From Candidatus Eiseniibacteriota bacterium (GTDB lineage: Bacteria; Eisenbacteria; RBG-16-71-46), in assembly GCA_963725865.1 (NCBI GenBank), contig CAVSAC010000010.1, positions 992,001 through 1,056,000 of the forward strand: a stretch of DNA of 64,000 nt. The letters run 5' to 3'. Every line of letters begins with the position of its first letter. Position 1 is the stretch's first letter. Made by a program: the position numbers and the translations under genes. Under the pieces are notes generated by a model. It saw only the letters and a program-made list of their open reading frames with translations. It was not told the origin of the DNA and ran no database searches. Shown here piece by piece: positions 1-9,107 of this stretch.

Positions 1-371
1 TCCAGGATCAGCGTGTGGAGCGTGCGGTCGCGCGCGAGCGTCCAGGCGAACTGCTGGACCACCGTGGTCGTCCCCTCGCCCCCCTGGGGACCCAGGAAGA
101 CGACCGTGCGCGGCGTGCGATCGGGCAGCGCGGCCTCGAGGTTCACGCGCAGCGTGGTCATCTGCTGCACCACGTCGTCATCGGTGGGGACCGACAGGGT
201 CAGCGGATAGCCGTGACGCGGCTCGACCACGCGCTCGGAATACGAGCTCGGCCCTGCCCGGGTCGCGCCCGGCGTCACCGGCGCGGGCGGCGACGGCGGC
301 GCGACGTGCGGGCTCGCGGGTTCGTGACGGCCCGCCTGGGCCTTGCGGAGAGCGTCGAAGATGCGGGACAT
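1..371 (-). CDS. CpsD/CapB-family bacterial tyrosine (BY) kinase-like protein, 3' end beyond the window
   Basis: Own translation: MSRIFDALRKAQ...LRVNLEAALPDRTPRTVVFLGPQGGEGTTTVV...TLILD. AGGAG RBS upstream. Follows the wzz-like gene. Absent from the ORF track because it is truncated. Confidence 0.8.
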   Translation of the reverse strand, partial: MSRIFDALRKAQAGRHEPASPHVAPPSPPAPVTPGATRAGPSSYSERVVEPRHGYPLTLSVPTDDDVVQQMTTLRVNLEAALPDRTPRTVVFLGPQGGEGTTTVVQQFAWTLARDRTLHTLIL

Positions 372-389
372 GCGAGGTGAGTTCTCCTG

Positions 390-1772
390 TCAGGAAGCCA
401 CGCGGCGGCGGCGACGCTCGGGGAGCGTGGCGAGCACCGGCAGCTCGACCGCCTCCTCGGCATGGTGTGCGGTGCGCACGGTGATGTCCAGGCTGTCGAT
501 GAAGAACGCGAGCCCCACGCCCACCACCAGGCTGAACGCCGGCGCGAGCGCGATGCGCACGTAGTCGCGCGTGTTGGTGGGCGTGCCGGGGCTCGCCGGC
601 GAGAGCAGGATGACGGTGGCGCGCGATACCACGGTCTCGTTGACGCGCGCCAAGTCGCTCTTCTCGACCAGTTCGCGGTTGCGGTCCTTGAGCACCTGCA
701 GATCGTGGTCGTACCTCGACATCTGCGCCTCGGCCGCCGGCATCGCGTCGAGCTGCGTCTGGACGCGGGTCTCGCTCGCGCTGGAGCGAGGACCAGGCGC
801 GACTGCAGACGCGAGGTGCGCGACGTCTGCACCTGCATCCGGCTCTCGACTTCGCGCTTGAGCATGTCGCGCAGCGATTGGAGCGTCTCCTGCGCGTTGA
901 CCACCTCCGGCGACTCGTCGCGATAGCGCTCGTGCAGCTGGATGACCCGCGTCTCCTGGTCGAGGATCTTCTGCTTGAGATCTCACCATGGCGTCGATAC
1001 CGGTCAGCGGATTCTCCATCGGCATGTCGATCCCGGGCTGCTCCTGCAGCCGGCGCATCGCGTCGATCCCGGCCTGCGCCTCGGCGAGGTCGGCCTCGGT
1101 CTCGGCGATCTGCTGCTGCACCGCGGTGAGCTGCTGGACCAGCGCACGGGTCCGATCCCCGACATCGCCCACGCCACGCTCGGCGAGATAGCGACGGCGC
1201 TCCTCGATCAGCCGGTTGATCGAGTGCTCGACATCGCCAAGCTGGGTGCGGAAGAAGGCCTCGGGATACGACACGCCCATCGAGTTGGTCCGGTAGTCGA
1301 TGTAGGCACGGATCAGGGCGTCGCACACCCGGTGCGCGACCTGGGGATCAGCGCTGTGATAGCCGATCGCGATCACGTTGCTCTTCCCCATGACCTCGAC
1401 GTCCACGTTCCCGGGGGCCACGTCGAGCGGCTGCTGCCCGGGAGCGACCCCCTCGGCGAGCAGGGCGCGGGTGCGGTCGAGCACCGGCACGCTCTTGATG
1501 AGCTGCATCTCGCTGCCCAGCTCCTGCTCCCAGTCGCCGTAGATCCGCCGGTCCGGCTCCAGCACGCTCAGCTGCTCGCCCCGCTTGAAGAGCACGCGCC
1601 CGGAGGACACGTAGGCCGTCGGCGTGGAGAACGCCAGCCCGAGCACGGTCGCGGTCGTCACCAGGAAGAGCCCCAGGATGATCCAGCGGCGACGGAAGAG
1701 CACCGCGAGGAACTCGCGAGTGGTCGCCTGCGGGGCGCTGGGCGCCGATGCGGTGCGCGGGGGGTCGGTCAT
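390..1772 (-). CDS. Polysaccharide chain-length determinant (Wzz/GumC-like) with two compensating frameshifts (~985 and ~780)
   Basis: N-terminal REFLAVLFRRRWIILGLF TM segment, coiled coil and C-terminal TM segment. The alternative frame DLKQKILDQETRVIQLHERYRDESPEVVNAQ restores the typical coiled-coil segment. Confidence 0.8.
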   Translation of the reverse strand: MTDPPRTASAPSAPQATTREFLAVLFRRRWIILGLFLVTTATVLGLAFSTPTAYVSSGRVLFKRGEQLSVLEPDRRIYGDWEQELGSEMQLIKSVPVLDRTRALLAEGVAPGQQPLDVAPGNVDVEVMGKSNVIAIGYHSADPQVAHRVCDALIRAYIDYRTNSMGVSYPEAFFRTQLGDVEHSINRLIEERRRYLAERGVGDVGDRTRALVQQLTAVQQQIAETEADLAEAQAGIDAMRRLQEQPGIDMPMENPLTGIDAMVRSQAEDPRPGDAGHPAARALSRRVAGGGQRAGDAPIAARHAQARSREPDAGADVAHLASAVAPGPRSSASETRVQTQLDAMPAAEAQMSRYDHDLQVLKDRNRELVEKSDLARVNETVVSRATVILLSPASPGTPTNTRDYVRIALAPAFSLVVGVGLAFFIDSLDITVRTAHHAEEAVELPVLATLPERRRRRVAS

Positions 1773-1786
1773 CGAGGCGTCGCTTC

Positions 1787-2521
1787 CTATCGTGAAGTCT
1801 GGACCACGAAGACGCGGTCGAGGTTGAACAGCTCCCACCCGGTGATGGCCATGCTGAGCGCCCGGTCGGGGCCCCCCAGCAGCTGGCGCGTGAAGATGTC
1901 GAGATTGCCGACCGTCGAACGCGGCACGTACACGATGTCGTAGCGACCCACCATCAGGTCCTGGCTGAGGTCGCCGCTCTTGATCGCCTTGTCGAGCCGC
2001 AACCGGGCGACCTTCACGTTGCGCGCGCCGTCACGCCGGAACACGACCACGCTGTTGCGTGCCGCGTCCTCCTTGAAGCCCCCCGCCCCCGCGATCGCCT
2101 GCAACACCGTCATGAACGGCCTCACGGGTACCGAACTCGGGGCCTGCACCTGCCCGAGCACGTGCACCAGGTTGCCGGCGACGTCGGCCACCTCGACGGT
2201 CACGCGCGGATTGCGCAGCTCGGGAGCCAGCAGTGCCACCAGCGCCTGCTCCAGCTCGCGCGGGGTCAGTCCCGCGGCGACCACGTCGCCCACCGGAAAC
2301 ACCGAGATGCGCCCGTCGGGCCGGACCTTGACCACCCGCACCATGTCGCCCGGCACGTCGGTGCGGGGACCGAAATTCAGATTGAGCTGGTCGCCGGGCA
2401 CCATGCGGTACTCGGGCATCCGGCTCCAGTCCATGCCGGTCGAATCCGCCGGACCGGCGCTCGCCACTCGACAGGTAACCGCCGCGAGCAGCACGAACGC
2501 GAGGAGGATCAGACGTCGCAT
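1787..2521 (-). CDS. Polysaccharide biosynthesis/export protein (Wza-like, poly_export + SLBB)
   Basis: Signal peptide MRRLILLAF; EYRMVPGDQL, VRPDGRISVFPVG and TVLQAIAGAGG motifs. Confidence 0.85.
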   Translation of the reverse strand: MRRLILLAFVLLAAVTCRVASAGPADSTGMDWSRMPEYRMVPGDQLNLNFGPRTDVPGDMVRVVKVRPDGRISVFPVGDVVAAGLTPRELEQALVALLAPELRNPRVTVEVADVAGNLVHVLGQVQAPSSVPVRPFMTVLQAIAGAGGFKEDAARNSVVVFRRDGARNVKVARLRLDKAIKSGDLSQDLMVGRYDIVYVPRSTVGNLDIFTRQLLGGPDRALSMAITGWELFNLDRVFVVQTSR

Positions 2522-2553
2522 CGGATGGATCACGAGTGCTCTCCCGGAAACCG

Positions 2554-2589
2554 AAAAACCCCGGCTCCCTCCGCACGGGGGAACCGGGG
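2554..2589 (-). terminator. Intrinsic terminator just upstream of the wza-like gene
   Basis: Minus strand CCCCGGTTCCC-loop-GGGAGCCGGGG followed by TTTTT. Confidence 0.75.
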
Positions 2590-2771
2590 CCATCTCGCCA
2601 CGCGGCGGACTGGTCGATTCACCGGACGCAGGAGCCCTGCCGGCCACATGCCGGCTCAGTGCAGCTTCCGGATCGGAACGCCATGCGCGACCGATCCGAG
2701 GGAGTAGCAACGTGCGTCTCGATGGACCTCCGCCTGGACCTGGAACCACCGGTATCCCCGGCGGTTTCGAG
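2554..2771 (-). ncRNA. Putative structured 5' leader (attenuator) or sRNA of the EPS operon
   Basis: Lies between a near-consensus sigma70 promoter and a terminator. Several helices: AACCGCCGG/CCGGTGGTT, GGCGGA/TCCGCC, GACGCA/TGCGTC, CGGATCGG/CCGATCCG. No credible ORF. Confidence 0.5.
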
Positions 2772-2777
2772 GCACGA

Positions 2778-2807
2778 AGTATAGGAACCCGGTTCCGAGA
2801 TTGTCAA
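2778..2807 (-). promoter_or_regulatory. sigma70-type promoter with a palindromic spacer (GGAACC-N-GGTTCC, 2784-2796)
   Basis: TTGACA-18 nt-TATACT on the minus strand. Confidence 0.75.
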
Positions 2808-2846
2808 CGTTGGATACCCCGCCGGGGGCTCCCCGATCACGAATTC

Positions 2847-2862
2847 CGCAAGGGGCGTGCCG
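2847..2862 (-). promoter_or_regulatory. Putative sigma54 (-24/-12) promoter upstream of the EPS operon
   Basis: CGGCAC-GCCCC-TTGCG, GG-N10-GC spacing. Confidence 0.55.
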
Positions 2863-2868
2863 CCGGTT

Positions 2869-3816
2869 TCAGCGCGCCAGGCGGTCCAAGACCGCCCCGC
2901 AGAACAGCGGGACCAGGATCTCGTGGTGTCCGGTGAGCGAAATACCCCGTGCGCCGGGTGCCCGGGTGGGTCGTTCGACCACATTGACGCGCGGGCGATA
3001 GTGCTGGATCTGGTCCAGGTTGACGGTCGTGAGGCCATCCAGGTCCGCCCCCAGATTGCGCGCCACGGTGAGCGCCTTGAGGAACACCTCCGGCATCACG
3101 ACGGCCGATCCGAGATTGAGGACCACCGCCCCCCGCGCCTCCGCCAGCGTCGCGGCGAGGATCCGAAAGTCGCGCAGCGTGGCGGCCCCGAGCGCCGCCC
3201 CGTCGCAGGCCGGGTGGTAGTGGATGGTGTCGGTGCCGACGGCGACGTGCACCGTGGCCGGCACCCCCGCCCGCCAGGCGGCCAGCAGCAGGCTGGCGGC
3301 TGCGTGCGGTGGTGCGGCGGCCTCGAGCGCGCGCCCCCAGCACTCCCCCAGTCCCTCCGAACGCCGCGCCCCCTCCGCCATCGCCGCGTTCATGAAGTCG
3401 CCGGTCTCGTCCACCATGCCGAAGGTCCCGGACTGCAGGTTGGCATCGACGTCCTCGGACGTCCGCCCCAGCCGGGCGATCTCGACATCGTGGATGGCGA
3501 CCGAGCCGTTCATGGCGAGGTGGGTGATCGCGCCCCGTGCGACCAGCGCGATGAGGCAGGGCGAGACTCCGGTCTTGACCACGTGGCCGCCCAGCATCGC
3601 CACCACCGGACGCCGGTCCGCGACCGCACGTGCGGTGCGCTCGACCGCCTCGCGCAGCGCCAGCGCCGCGAGCTGGTCCGGCAGCGCGTCGAGCACCGCG
3701 CGGGCGACGCCCGGCGCCAGCGGGCGGGCGAAGTCCTCGACGCGCACGCGGGTGGGACGCTCGGCCACCGAGCCGACCGTGAGGCGCGAGAGGTCGGCCT
3801 CACGATAGCGCGACAT
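2869..3816 (-). CDS. Conserved hypothetical protein, deoxyhypusine-synthase-like fold
   Basis: MSRYREADLSRL...MLGGHVVKTG...AMNGSVAIHD...LNLGSAVVMPEVFLKA...GHHEIL. Start overlaps the upstream stop (TGATG). Confidence 0.7.
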   Translation of the reverse strand: MSRYREADLSRLTVGSVAERPTRVRVEDFARPLAPGVARAVLDALPDQLAALALREAVERTARAVADRRPVVAMLGGHVVKTGVSPCLIALVARGAITHLAMNGSVAIHDVEIARLGRTSEDVDANLQSGTFGMVDETGDFMNAAMAEGARRSEGLGECWGRALEAAAPPHAAASLLLAAWRAGVPATVHVAVGTDTIHYHPACDGAALGAATLRDFRILAATLAEARGAVVLNLGSAVVMPEVFLKALTVARNLGADLDGLTTVNLDQIQHYRPRVNVVERPTRAPGARGISLTGHHEILVPLFCGAVLDRLAR

Positions 3817-4712
3817 CAGGCGCCCGCCTTGAATTCCTGCAGGATCACGTCGATCGATCCGATCGTCACCTTGCTCCTCATCAGCACCGGGATGCGGCGC
3901 TCGTCGGCGGTCAGCCAGATGAGCAGCCGTCCCTTGTTCTTGAAGATGCCGCCGGCCTTGAGCACGGGCTCGAGCACGACGCAGTCGAAGGTGCCGGCGG
4001 GCGTCTTCACGCGGTCGCGGCCGAGGATCTTCACCTCGAGCGGCGTGCTCTTGCGGCTCGCATGATAGTCGAACACGATGCTGCCGCCGATCGGCAATGC
4101 CTGGGTGCGCGTGTAGTAGAACGACGACAGCGCGTCCTGGCAACGGTCGGGGATCGGGAACGTGGCGCCGTTGCGGTAGTGCGCCTCGAGCGTCTGGTAG
4201 TCGAACTGGATGTCCTCCTGTGCCCGGAAGCCGCCCTCGCGGCGATTCTCGGCGTAGCGCCACGAGTAGTGACCGTCGCGGTCCCAGGTGGACTCGATGC
4301 GGTTGCGCACCTTGTAGATCATGCTGACGAACCCGTTCGACTCGGCGCGCGCGATCAGGTGGAACGCCGGGCGCCCGTCGTGGTCGACCATCTCCGGCAC
4401 CTCGAGCCAGGCGGTTCCAGCGTGGGCGAACTTCCACTGTACCGAGAACCGCAGCGATTCCCCGACGCGGATCGGATGCGCGGGCGCCGGCAGCACCTCG
4501 TGCTCACCCGGCGGCGGGACCACGATCGAGCTGGCGATGTCCGACGTGTCGCGCGTGGTGTCGGGCGCGGTGCCGCGCGCGGTGTCGCGCACCGCCGGGA
4601 GGCTGTCGGTCTCGCCGTCGCCGCGCGCGACGGGCACGGCCAGCGCGAGCACCAACAGAGCGGCGAGCGGTCCGAGCGGCGAGAGGCACTGCCGCGCGCT
4701 GAAGAGGCGCAT
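3816..4712 (-). CDS. DUF3108 domain exported protein
   Basis: Signal peptide; GESLRFSVQW..AGTA, DALSSFYY, VKTPAGTFDC and IWLTADERRIPV motifs. Confidence 0.75.
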   Translation of the reverse strand: MRLFSARQCLSPLGPLAALLVLALAVPVARGDGETDSLPAVRDTARGTAPDTTRDTSDIASSIVVPPPGEHEVLPAPAHPIRVGESLRFSVQWKFAHAGTAWLEVPEMVDHDGRPAFHLIARAESNGFVSMIYKVRNRIESTWDRDGHYSWRYAENRREGGFRAQEDIQFDYQTLEAHYRNGATFPIPDRCQDALSSFYYTRTQALPIGGSIVFDYHASRKSTPLEVKILGRDRVKTPAGTFDCVVLEPVLKAGGIFKNKGRLLIWLTADERRIPVLMRSKVTIGSIDVILQEFKAGA

Positions 4713-4793
4713 CCGGTACCTCGGAGAGTGATGGCTCATACCCTGTCGGGGCTGCAATTCCGGTGCCCGGAGGGCGCGACCGGAGTGGCGCGC

Positions 4794-4822
4794 ACTATGT
4801 CCAGCCCCCATGCGGCTGTCAA
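4794..4822 (-). promoter_or_regulatory. sigma70-type promoter for the DUF3108 gene
   Basis: TTGACA-17 nt-CATAGT. Confidence 0.55.
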
Positions 4823-4944
4823 TCAGCGGCTTGGGCGTTCGCCCCGGCGCGGCGCCGCGGCCCCGGGCGGGCACCCGCGTGGCCGCGGCGCCTCGCCTGC
4901 GACCGGGCTTCGACCGTCCCGGAGCACCCCGTTCGGCACGCGCG

Positions 4945-6222
4945 TCATCGGTCGAGCGGCCAGTCGGCCTCGGTGATCGGGGCGCCCGCGTCCGGTCCCA
5001 CGGCCGCCAGCGCGAAGCGACGCGGCACCAGGAACGTGCGCGCGGCCTCGACGACCTCCTCCCGCGTCACCGCGAGGATGGCCCGCACCTGCTCCGCGGC
5101 CGGCGCGTAGCGGCCGGAGTAGAGCTCCTCGTGCGCCACGTGCGACATGCGGTTCGAGACGCTCTCCTGGCCGAGCACCACGTTGCCGCGCAACTGCGCC
5201 CGTGCGGAGGCCACCTCGACTTCGCTCGGCCCCTCGTCGCACAGCCGCTGCAGCTCCGACCGGACCAGCGTCAGCGCGTCGCGCGTGCGCTCGGGCGCCA
5301 CCCCCAGGTGGATCGTGAGCAGGCCGGCGTCGCGATGGAAGTCGCACGCGGAGTAGATGGAGTAGGCGAGCCCGGCCTCCTCGCGAACGCTCTGGAACAG
5401 CCGCGAGCTCATGCCGCCGCCGAGCAGGGTGTTGAGCACCGCGAGCGGATAGCGCTGGGGATGCTGCCACGGCAATCCACGGGTGCCGAGCGCGAGGTAC
5501 ATCTGCTGGAGGTCGGCGCGCACCTCGTGCTCCACCGCCGGGGTGTACTCCGGCGGCGCGCCATCGTCGGGCAGATCCGCCCCCGCGGGCGGCGTGAAGT
5601 GACGCTGGCAGAGGTCGACGAGGCGATCGTGCTCGAGTGCGCCGGCGCCCGCCACCACCAGATCGTGCGCGCGGTAGCGGCACGCGTGGAAGTCGCGCAG
5701 CGCGTCGCGGTCGAGCCCGCCCACCGAGTCGAGCGTGCCGAGGATCGGCTGGCCGAGTCCGTGCCCGCCCCACACGCGCCGCACCAGCAGTTCGCTGACC
5801 TTGTCCTCCGGATCGTCCTCGCACGAGGAGATCTCCTCGCGCACGACGTCCTTCTCCTTCTCGACGTCCTCGGCCGCGAACCGTGGGGAGGACACCAGGT
5901 CACCGAGCACGTCGAGCGTCTCGGGCAGATGCTCGGCGAGCGCGCGAGCGTAGTAGCAGGTCTGTTCGCGCGCGGTGAACGCGTCGAGATGGCCGCCGAG
6001 CGACTCGAGGCTCTGGGCCAGCGCGCGCGCGTCGCGGCGCTCGGTGCCCTTGAACGTCATGTGCTCGATGAAATGCGAGATCCCGAGCCGAGCCGACGGC
6101 TCGTCGCGGGCGCCGTGTCGCACCCACACGCCGACCGCGATCGAGCCGCGATGGGGCAGCGCTTCCGAGAGCACGACCAGGCCGGACGGCAGCACCGACT
6201 TGCGGAAGGTCACGTCAGTCAT
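4945..6222 (-). CDS. M16 (pitrilysin/insulinase) family zinc peptidase
   Basis: HFIEH motif, LGGGMSSRLFQ..RE..GLAY. Typical position downstream of pnp. Confidence 0.92.
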   Translation of the reverse strand: MTDVTFRKSVLPSGLVVLSEALPHRGSIAVGVWVRHGARDEPSARLGISHFIEHMTFKGTERRDARALAQSLESLGGHLDAFTAREQTCYYARALAEHLPETLDVLGDLVSSPRFAAEDVEKEKDVVREEISSCEDDPEDKVSELLVRRVWGGHGLGQPILGTLDSVGGLDRDALRDFHACRYRAHDLVVAGAGALEHDRLVDLCQRHFTPPAGADLPDDGAPPEYTPAVEHEVRADLQQMYLALGTRGLPWQHPQRYPLAVLNTLLGGGMSSRLFQSVREEAGLAYSIYSACDFHRDAGLLTIHLGVAPERTRDALTLVRSELQRLCDEGPSEVEVASARAQLRGNVVLGQESVSNRMSHVAHEELYSGRYAPAAEQVRAILAVTREEVVEAARTFLVPRRFALAAVGPDAGAPITEADWPLDR

Positions 6223-6290
6223 GAGGTGCTCCGAACGCGACGCCGAGCGGCAGGGATCCGCCGCTCGGCGCGCGCAGGTACCCGATGCGT

Positions 6291-8465
6291 CTAGCGACGC
6301 CGGCTGCGGTCGTGTCCGCGGTCGCGATCGCGATCACGGCCACGGCCGCGATCGTGGCTGCCGGGCTCCGGCGGGACGTAGCCCTCCGGAGGCGGCAGCA
6401 GTGCCTTGCGCGAGAGGCGGATCTTGCCCTCGCGGTCCACGTCGATCACCTTGACCATGACCATGTCCCCGACGTTGAGGACGTCCTCGGTCTTGGCGAT
6501 CCGGTGGTAGTCGATCTCCGAGATGTGCAGCAGGCCGTCGCGCCCCGGCACGATCTCGACGAACGCGCCGAACGTGGTCACGCTGCGCACCTTGCCCTGG
6601 TAGACACGGCCGATCTCGGGGTCCTCGACGATGTTGCGGATCAACTCCTCGGCGCGCTTGCCGCCCTCGCCGCTGACCGCCGCGATCCGCACCTCGCCGC
6701 TGTCCTCGATGTCGATCTGCGCTCCGGTCTCCTCGGTGATCTTCTTGATGATCTTGCCTCCCGGTCCGATGACCTCGCGGATCTTGTCGGGCGGGATCTG
6801 CAGCATGATGATGCGCGGAGCGTACGGGGAGATCTCGGGACGCGAGGCGGGCAGCGTCTGCTCCATCTTGTCGAGGATGAACAGCCGCCCCTGGCGCGCG
6901 CGCTCGAGGGCGTCGCGCATCACCTGGTTCGAGATACCGCCGATCTTGGTGTCCATCTGGAAGGCGGTGATGCCGTCGCGCGTGCCGGTCACCTTGAAGT
7001 CCATGTCGCCGAGGTGGTCCTCGACGCCCAGGATGTCGGTGAGCACCGCGACGCGGTCGCCCTCCTTGATCAGGCCCATCGCGATGCCCGCGACGGGCGC
7101 CTTGATGGGCACGCCCGCGTCCATCAGCGCCATCGAGCTGCCGCACACCGTCGCCATCGACGACGAGCCGTTCGATTCGAGGATGTCGCTGACGATGCGG
7201 AGCGTGTACGGGAAGTGCGAGTCGGCCGGGATGACCGGCTCGATCGCGCGCTCGGCGAGCGCTCCATGCCCGATCTCACGCCGACCCGGACCGCGGATCG
7301 GCCGCACCTCGCCGACGCTGAACGGCGGGAAGTTGTAGTGCAGCATGTAGGACTTCCACGACTGGCCTTCGAGCTCCTCGACACGCTGCTCGTCGCTCTT
7401 GGTGCCGAGCGTCGCGACCGCCATCGCCTGGGTCTCGCCGCGCGTGAACAGGCAGGAGCCATGGGTGCGCGGCAGCACGCCGACCTCGATCGTGATGGGA
7501 CGGATGTCGTTCAGGCCGCGGCCGTCCGCTCGCACGCTCTCGCTGAGCACGGTGTTGCGGAGCTCGTCGCGCTCCATCTCGTGCAGGAGCTTGCCGATGT
7601 ACGCCTGCTGCTCGGCGAAGCGCTCCTTCAGGGCCTCCGCCGCCTCGGCCGTGATGCGATCGACCTCTTCCTGGCGGGCTTCCTTGGCCGGGATGCGGAT
7701 GGCCTGGCGCAGCCGCTCGCGATAGATCTCGAGGGCGCGCTGGAGTTCCGACGTGTCGGGCGCCGGCAACAGCGGGCGCTTGGCCTTGCCGCACAGCCGC
7801 ACCAGCTCGCGCTGCGCCTCGACGATCCGCCGTACGTGCCCCATCGCGAAGTCGAGCGCGGCGAGCATGTCCTGCTCGGAGATCTCCCGCGTTCCGCCCT
7901 CGACCATGATGATGTTGTCGTAGGTCCCCGCCACCACGATGTCCATGTCGCTCTCGTCGAGCTGGGTGAACGTCGGGTTGACCACGAACCCGCTCTCGAG
8001 GCGCCCGACGCGGACGCAGCCGATCGGCTCCGGGAACGGGATGTCCGAGACGTTCAGCGCCGTGGAGGCGCCCACCATGGCGAGCACGTCGGCGTCGTTC
8101 TCCTGGTCGGAGGACATCACCGTCGACATGATCTGGGTCTCGTAGGGGAACTGCTTCGGGAACAGCGGCCGGATCGGCCGGTCGCCCAACCGCGAACTGA
8201 GAACCTCTTTCTCCGTCGGCCGCCCCTCGCGCTTGAAGAACCCGCCCGGGATCTTGCCCGCGGCGTAAGTACGCTCGCGGTAGTCCACGGTGAGCGGGAC
8301 GAAGTCCCGGCCGAGCGTCGGAGACTTGGCGGCGCTCGCCGCCACCAGCACCACGGTGTCTCCGAGCTGGACCAGGGCGGAACCCGCCGCCAGCTTGGCC
8401 ATCTTCCCGGTGCTGATCGTCAGTGTCTGGTCGCCCAGCGGGATCTCGATCTTGTGCTCTGGCAT
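6291..8465 (-). CDS. pnp: Polyribonucleotide nucleotidyltransferase
   Basis: GKIPGGFFKREGRP, RREIGHGALA, ESNGSSSMA, KH and S1 domains. Confidence 0.98.
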   Translation of the reverse strand: MPEHKIEIPLGDQTLTISTGKMAKLAAGSALVQLGDTVVLVAASAAKSPTLGRDFVPLTVDYRERTYAAGKIPGGFFKREGRPTEKEVLSSRLGDRPIRPLFPKQFPYETQIMSTVMSSDQENDADVLAMVGASTALNVSDIPFPEPIGCVRVGRLESGFVVNPTFTQLDESDMDIVVAGTYDNIIMVEGGTREISEQDMLAALDFAMGHVRRIVEAQRELVRLCGKAKRPLLPAPDTSELQRALEIYRERLRQAIRIPAKEARQEEVDRITAEAAEALKERFAEQQAYIGKLLHEMERDELRNTVLSESVRADGRGLNDIRPITIEVGVLPRTHGSCLFTRGETQAMAVATLGTKSDEQRVEELEGQSWKSYMLHYNFPPFSVGEVRPIRGPGRREIGHGALAERAIEPVIPADSHFPYTLRIVSDILESNGSSSMATVCGSSMALMDAGVPIKAPVAGIAMGLIKEGDRVAVLTDILGVEDHLGDMDFKVTGTRDGITAFQMDTKIGGISNQVMRDALERARQGRLFILDKMEQTLPASRPEISPYAPRIIMLQIPPDKIREVIGPGGKIIKKITEETGAQIDIEDSGEVRIAAVSGEGGKRAEELIRNIVEDPEIGRVYQGKVRSVTTFGAFVEIVPGRDGLLHISEIDYHRIAKTEDVLNVGDMVMVKVIDVDREGKIRLSRKALLPPPEGYVPPEPGSHDRGRGRDRDRDRGHDRSRRR

Positions 8466-8624
8466 GTACTCGGTCCTGTCCTCTCGCCTCGGCTCCGGCC
8501 CTCGCCGGAACGTTTCATCCGCGTGCCCGGAGGAGCGAAGCGCCGGGCGGCGTGTGCGGAAGACCCTGCTTCCGCGGTGAGAGCGCCGGGGCAGGCGCCC
8601 CGGCTCCCTCGTGAGTGGCCCGTC

Positions 8625-8894
8625 CTAGCGGCGCAGGCCCAGTTCCTTGACCACCTTGCGGTAGCGATCCACCTTGGTCGACTTCAGATAGTCGAGCAGG
8701 CGGCGGCGCTGGCCCACCATACGCAGCAGGCCGCGGCGCGACGCGTGGTCACGCTTGTGGATCTTGAAGTGTTCCGTCAGGTAGTGAATCTTCTCGGTGA
8801 GGAGCGCGATCTGGACCTCTGGTGAGCCCGAATCGCCTTCGTGGATCTTGAACTTCCCGATGATCCCCTGCTTCTGCTCCTTGGAGAGCGTCAC
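8625..8894 (-). CDS. rpsO: 30S ribosomal protein S15
   Basis: [13 protein letters not shown]...[28 protein letters not shown] start after an AGGAGG RBS. Confidence 0.97.
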   Translation of the reverse strand: MTLSKEQKQGIIGKFKIHEGDSGSPEVQIALLTEKIHYLTEHFKIHKRDHASRRGLLRMVGQRRRLLDYLKSTKVDRYRKVVKELGLRR

Positions 8895-9008
8895 GAGGGT
8901 CACCTCCTGCATGGATGGTTCGACGACGGTCGCCCCGCCGCCGAGTGCAAGTTCTCGCACGGCTGGAGCGTGGGGATGAGGTACACCGATGTGCAACAGC
9001 GACGGGCG

Positions 9009-9037
9009 ACCATACCATCATCGCGAGCGCGTGCCAA
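9009..9037 (-). promoter_or_regulatory. sigma70 promoter of rpsO-pnp
   Basis: TTGGCA-17 nt-TATGGT with extended TG. Confidence 0.6.
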
Positions 9038-9107
9038 AGCCCGATCTCGGCGGCGGCGCCCCACCGCCCACCGGCGGCCGGCGGCGGCCTCCTGACCGCG
9101 TTGCCGC

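Noticed and set aside
770..995. Two compensating frameshifts in the wzz-like gene as programmed recoding or phase variation
   Set aside because: No slippery run or repeat tract. Similar indels in several unrelated genes point to assembly error; needs a read check.
2600..2740. EPS leader as SRP or 6S RNA
   Set aside because: It lacks the SRP CAGG..GGAAGCAGC core and appears too short and branched for a 6S rod. An Rfam search is needed to be certain.
9022..9037. TTGGCACGCG upstream of rpsO as a sigma54 site
   Set aside because: GG-N10-GC spacing fails. It fits a sigma70 -35 with a 17-nt spacer instead.
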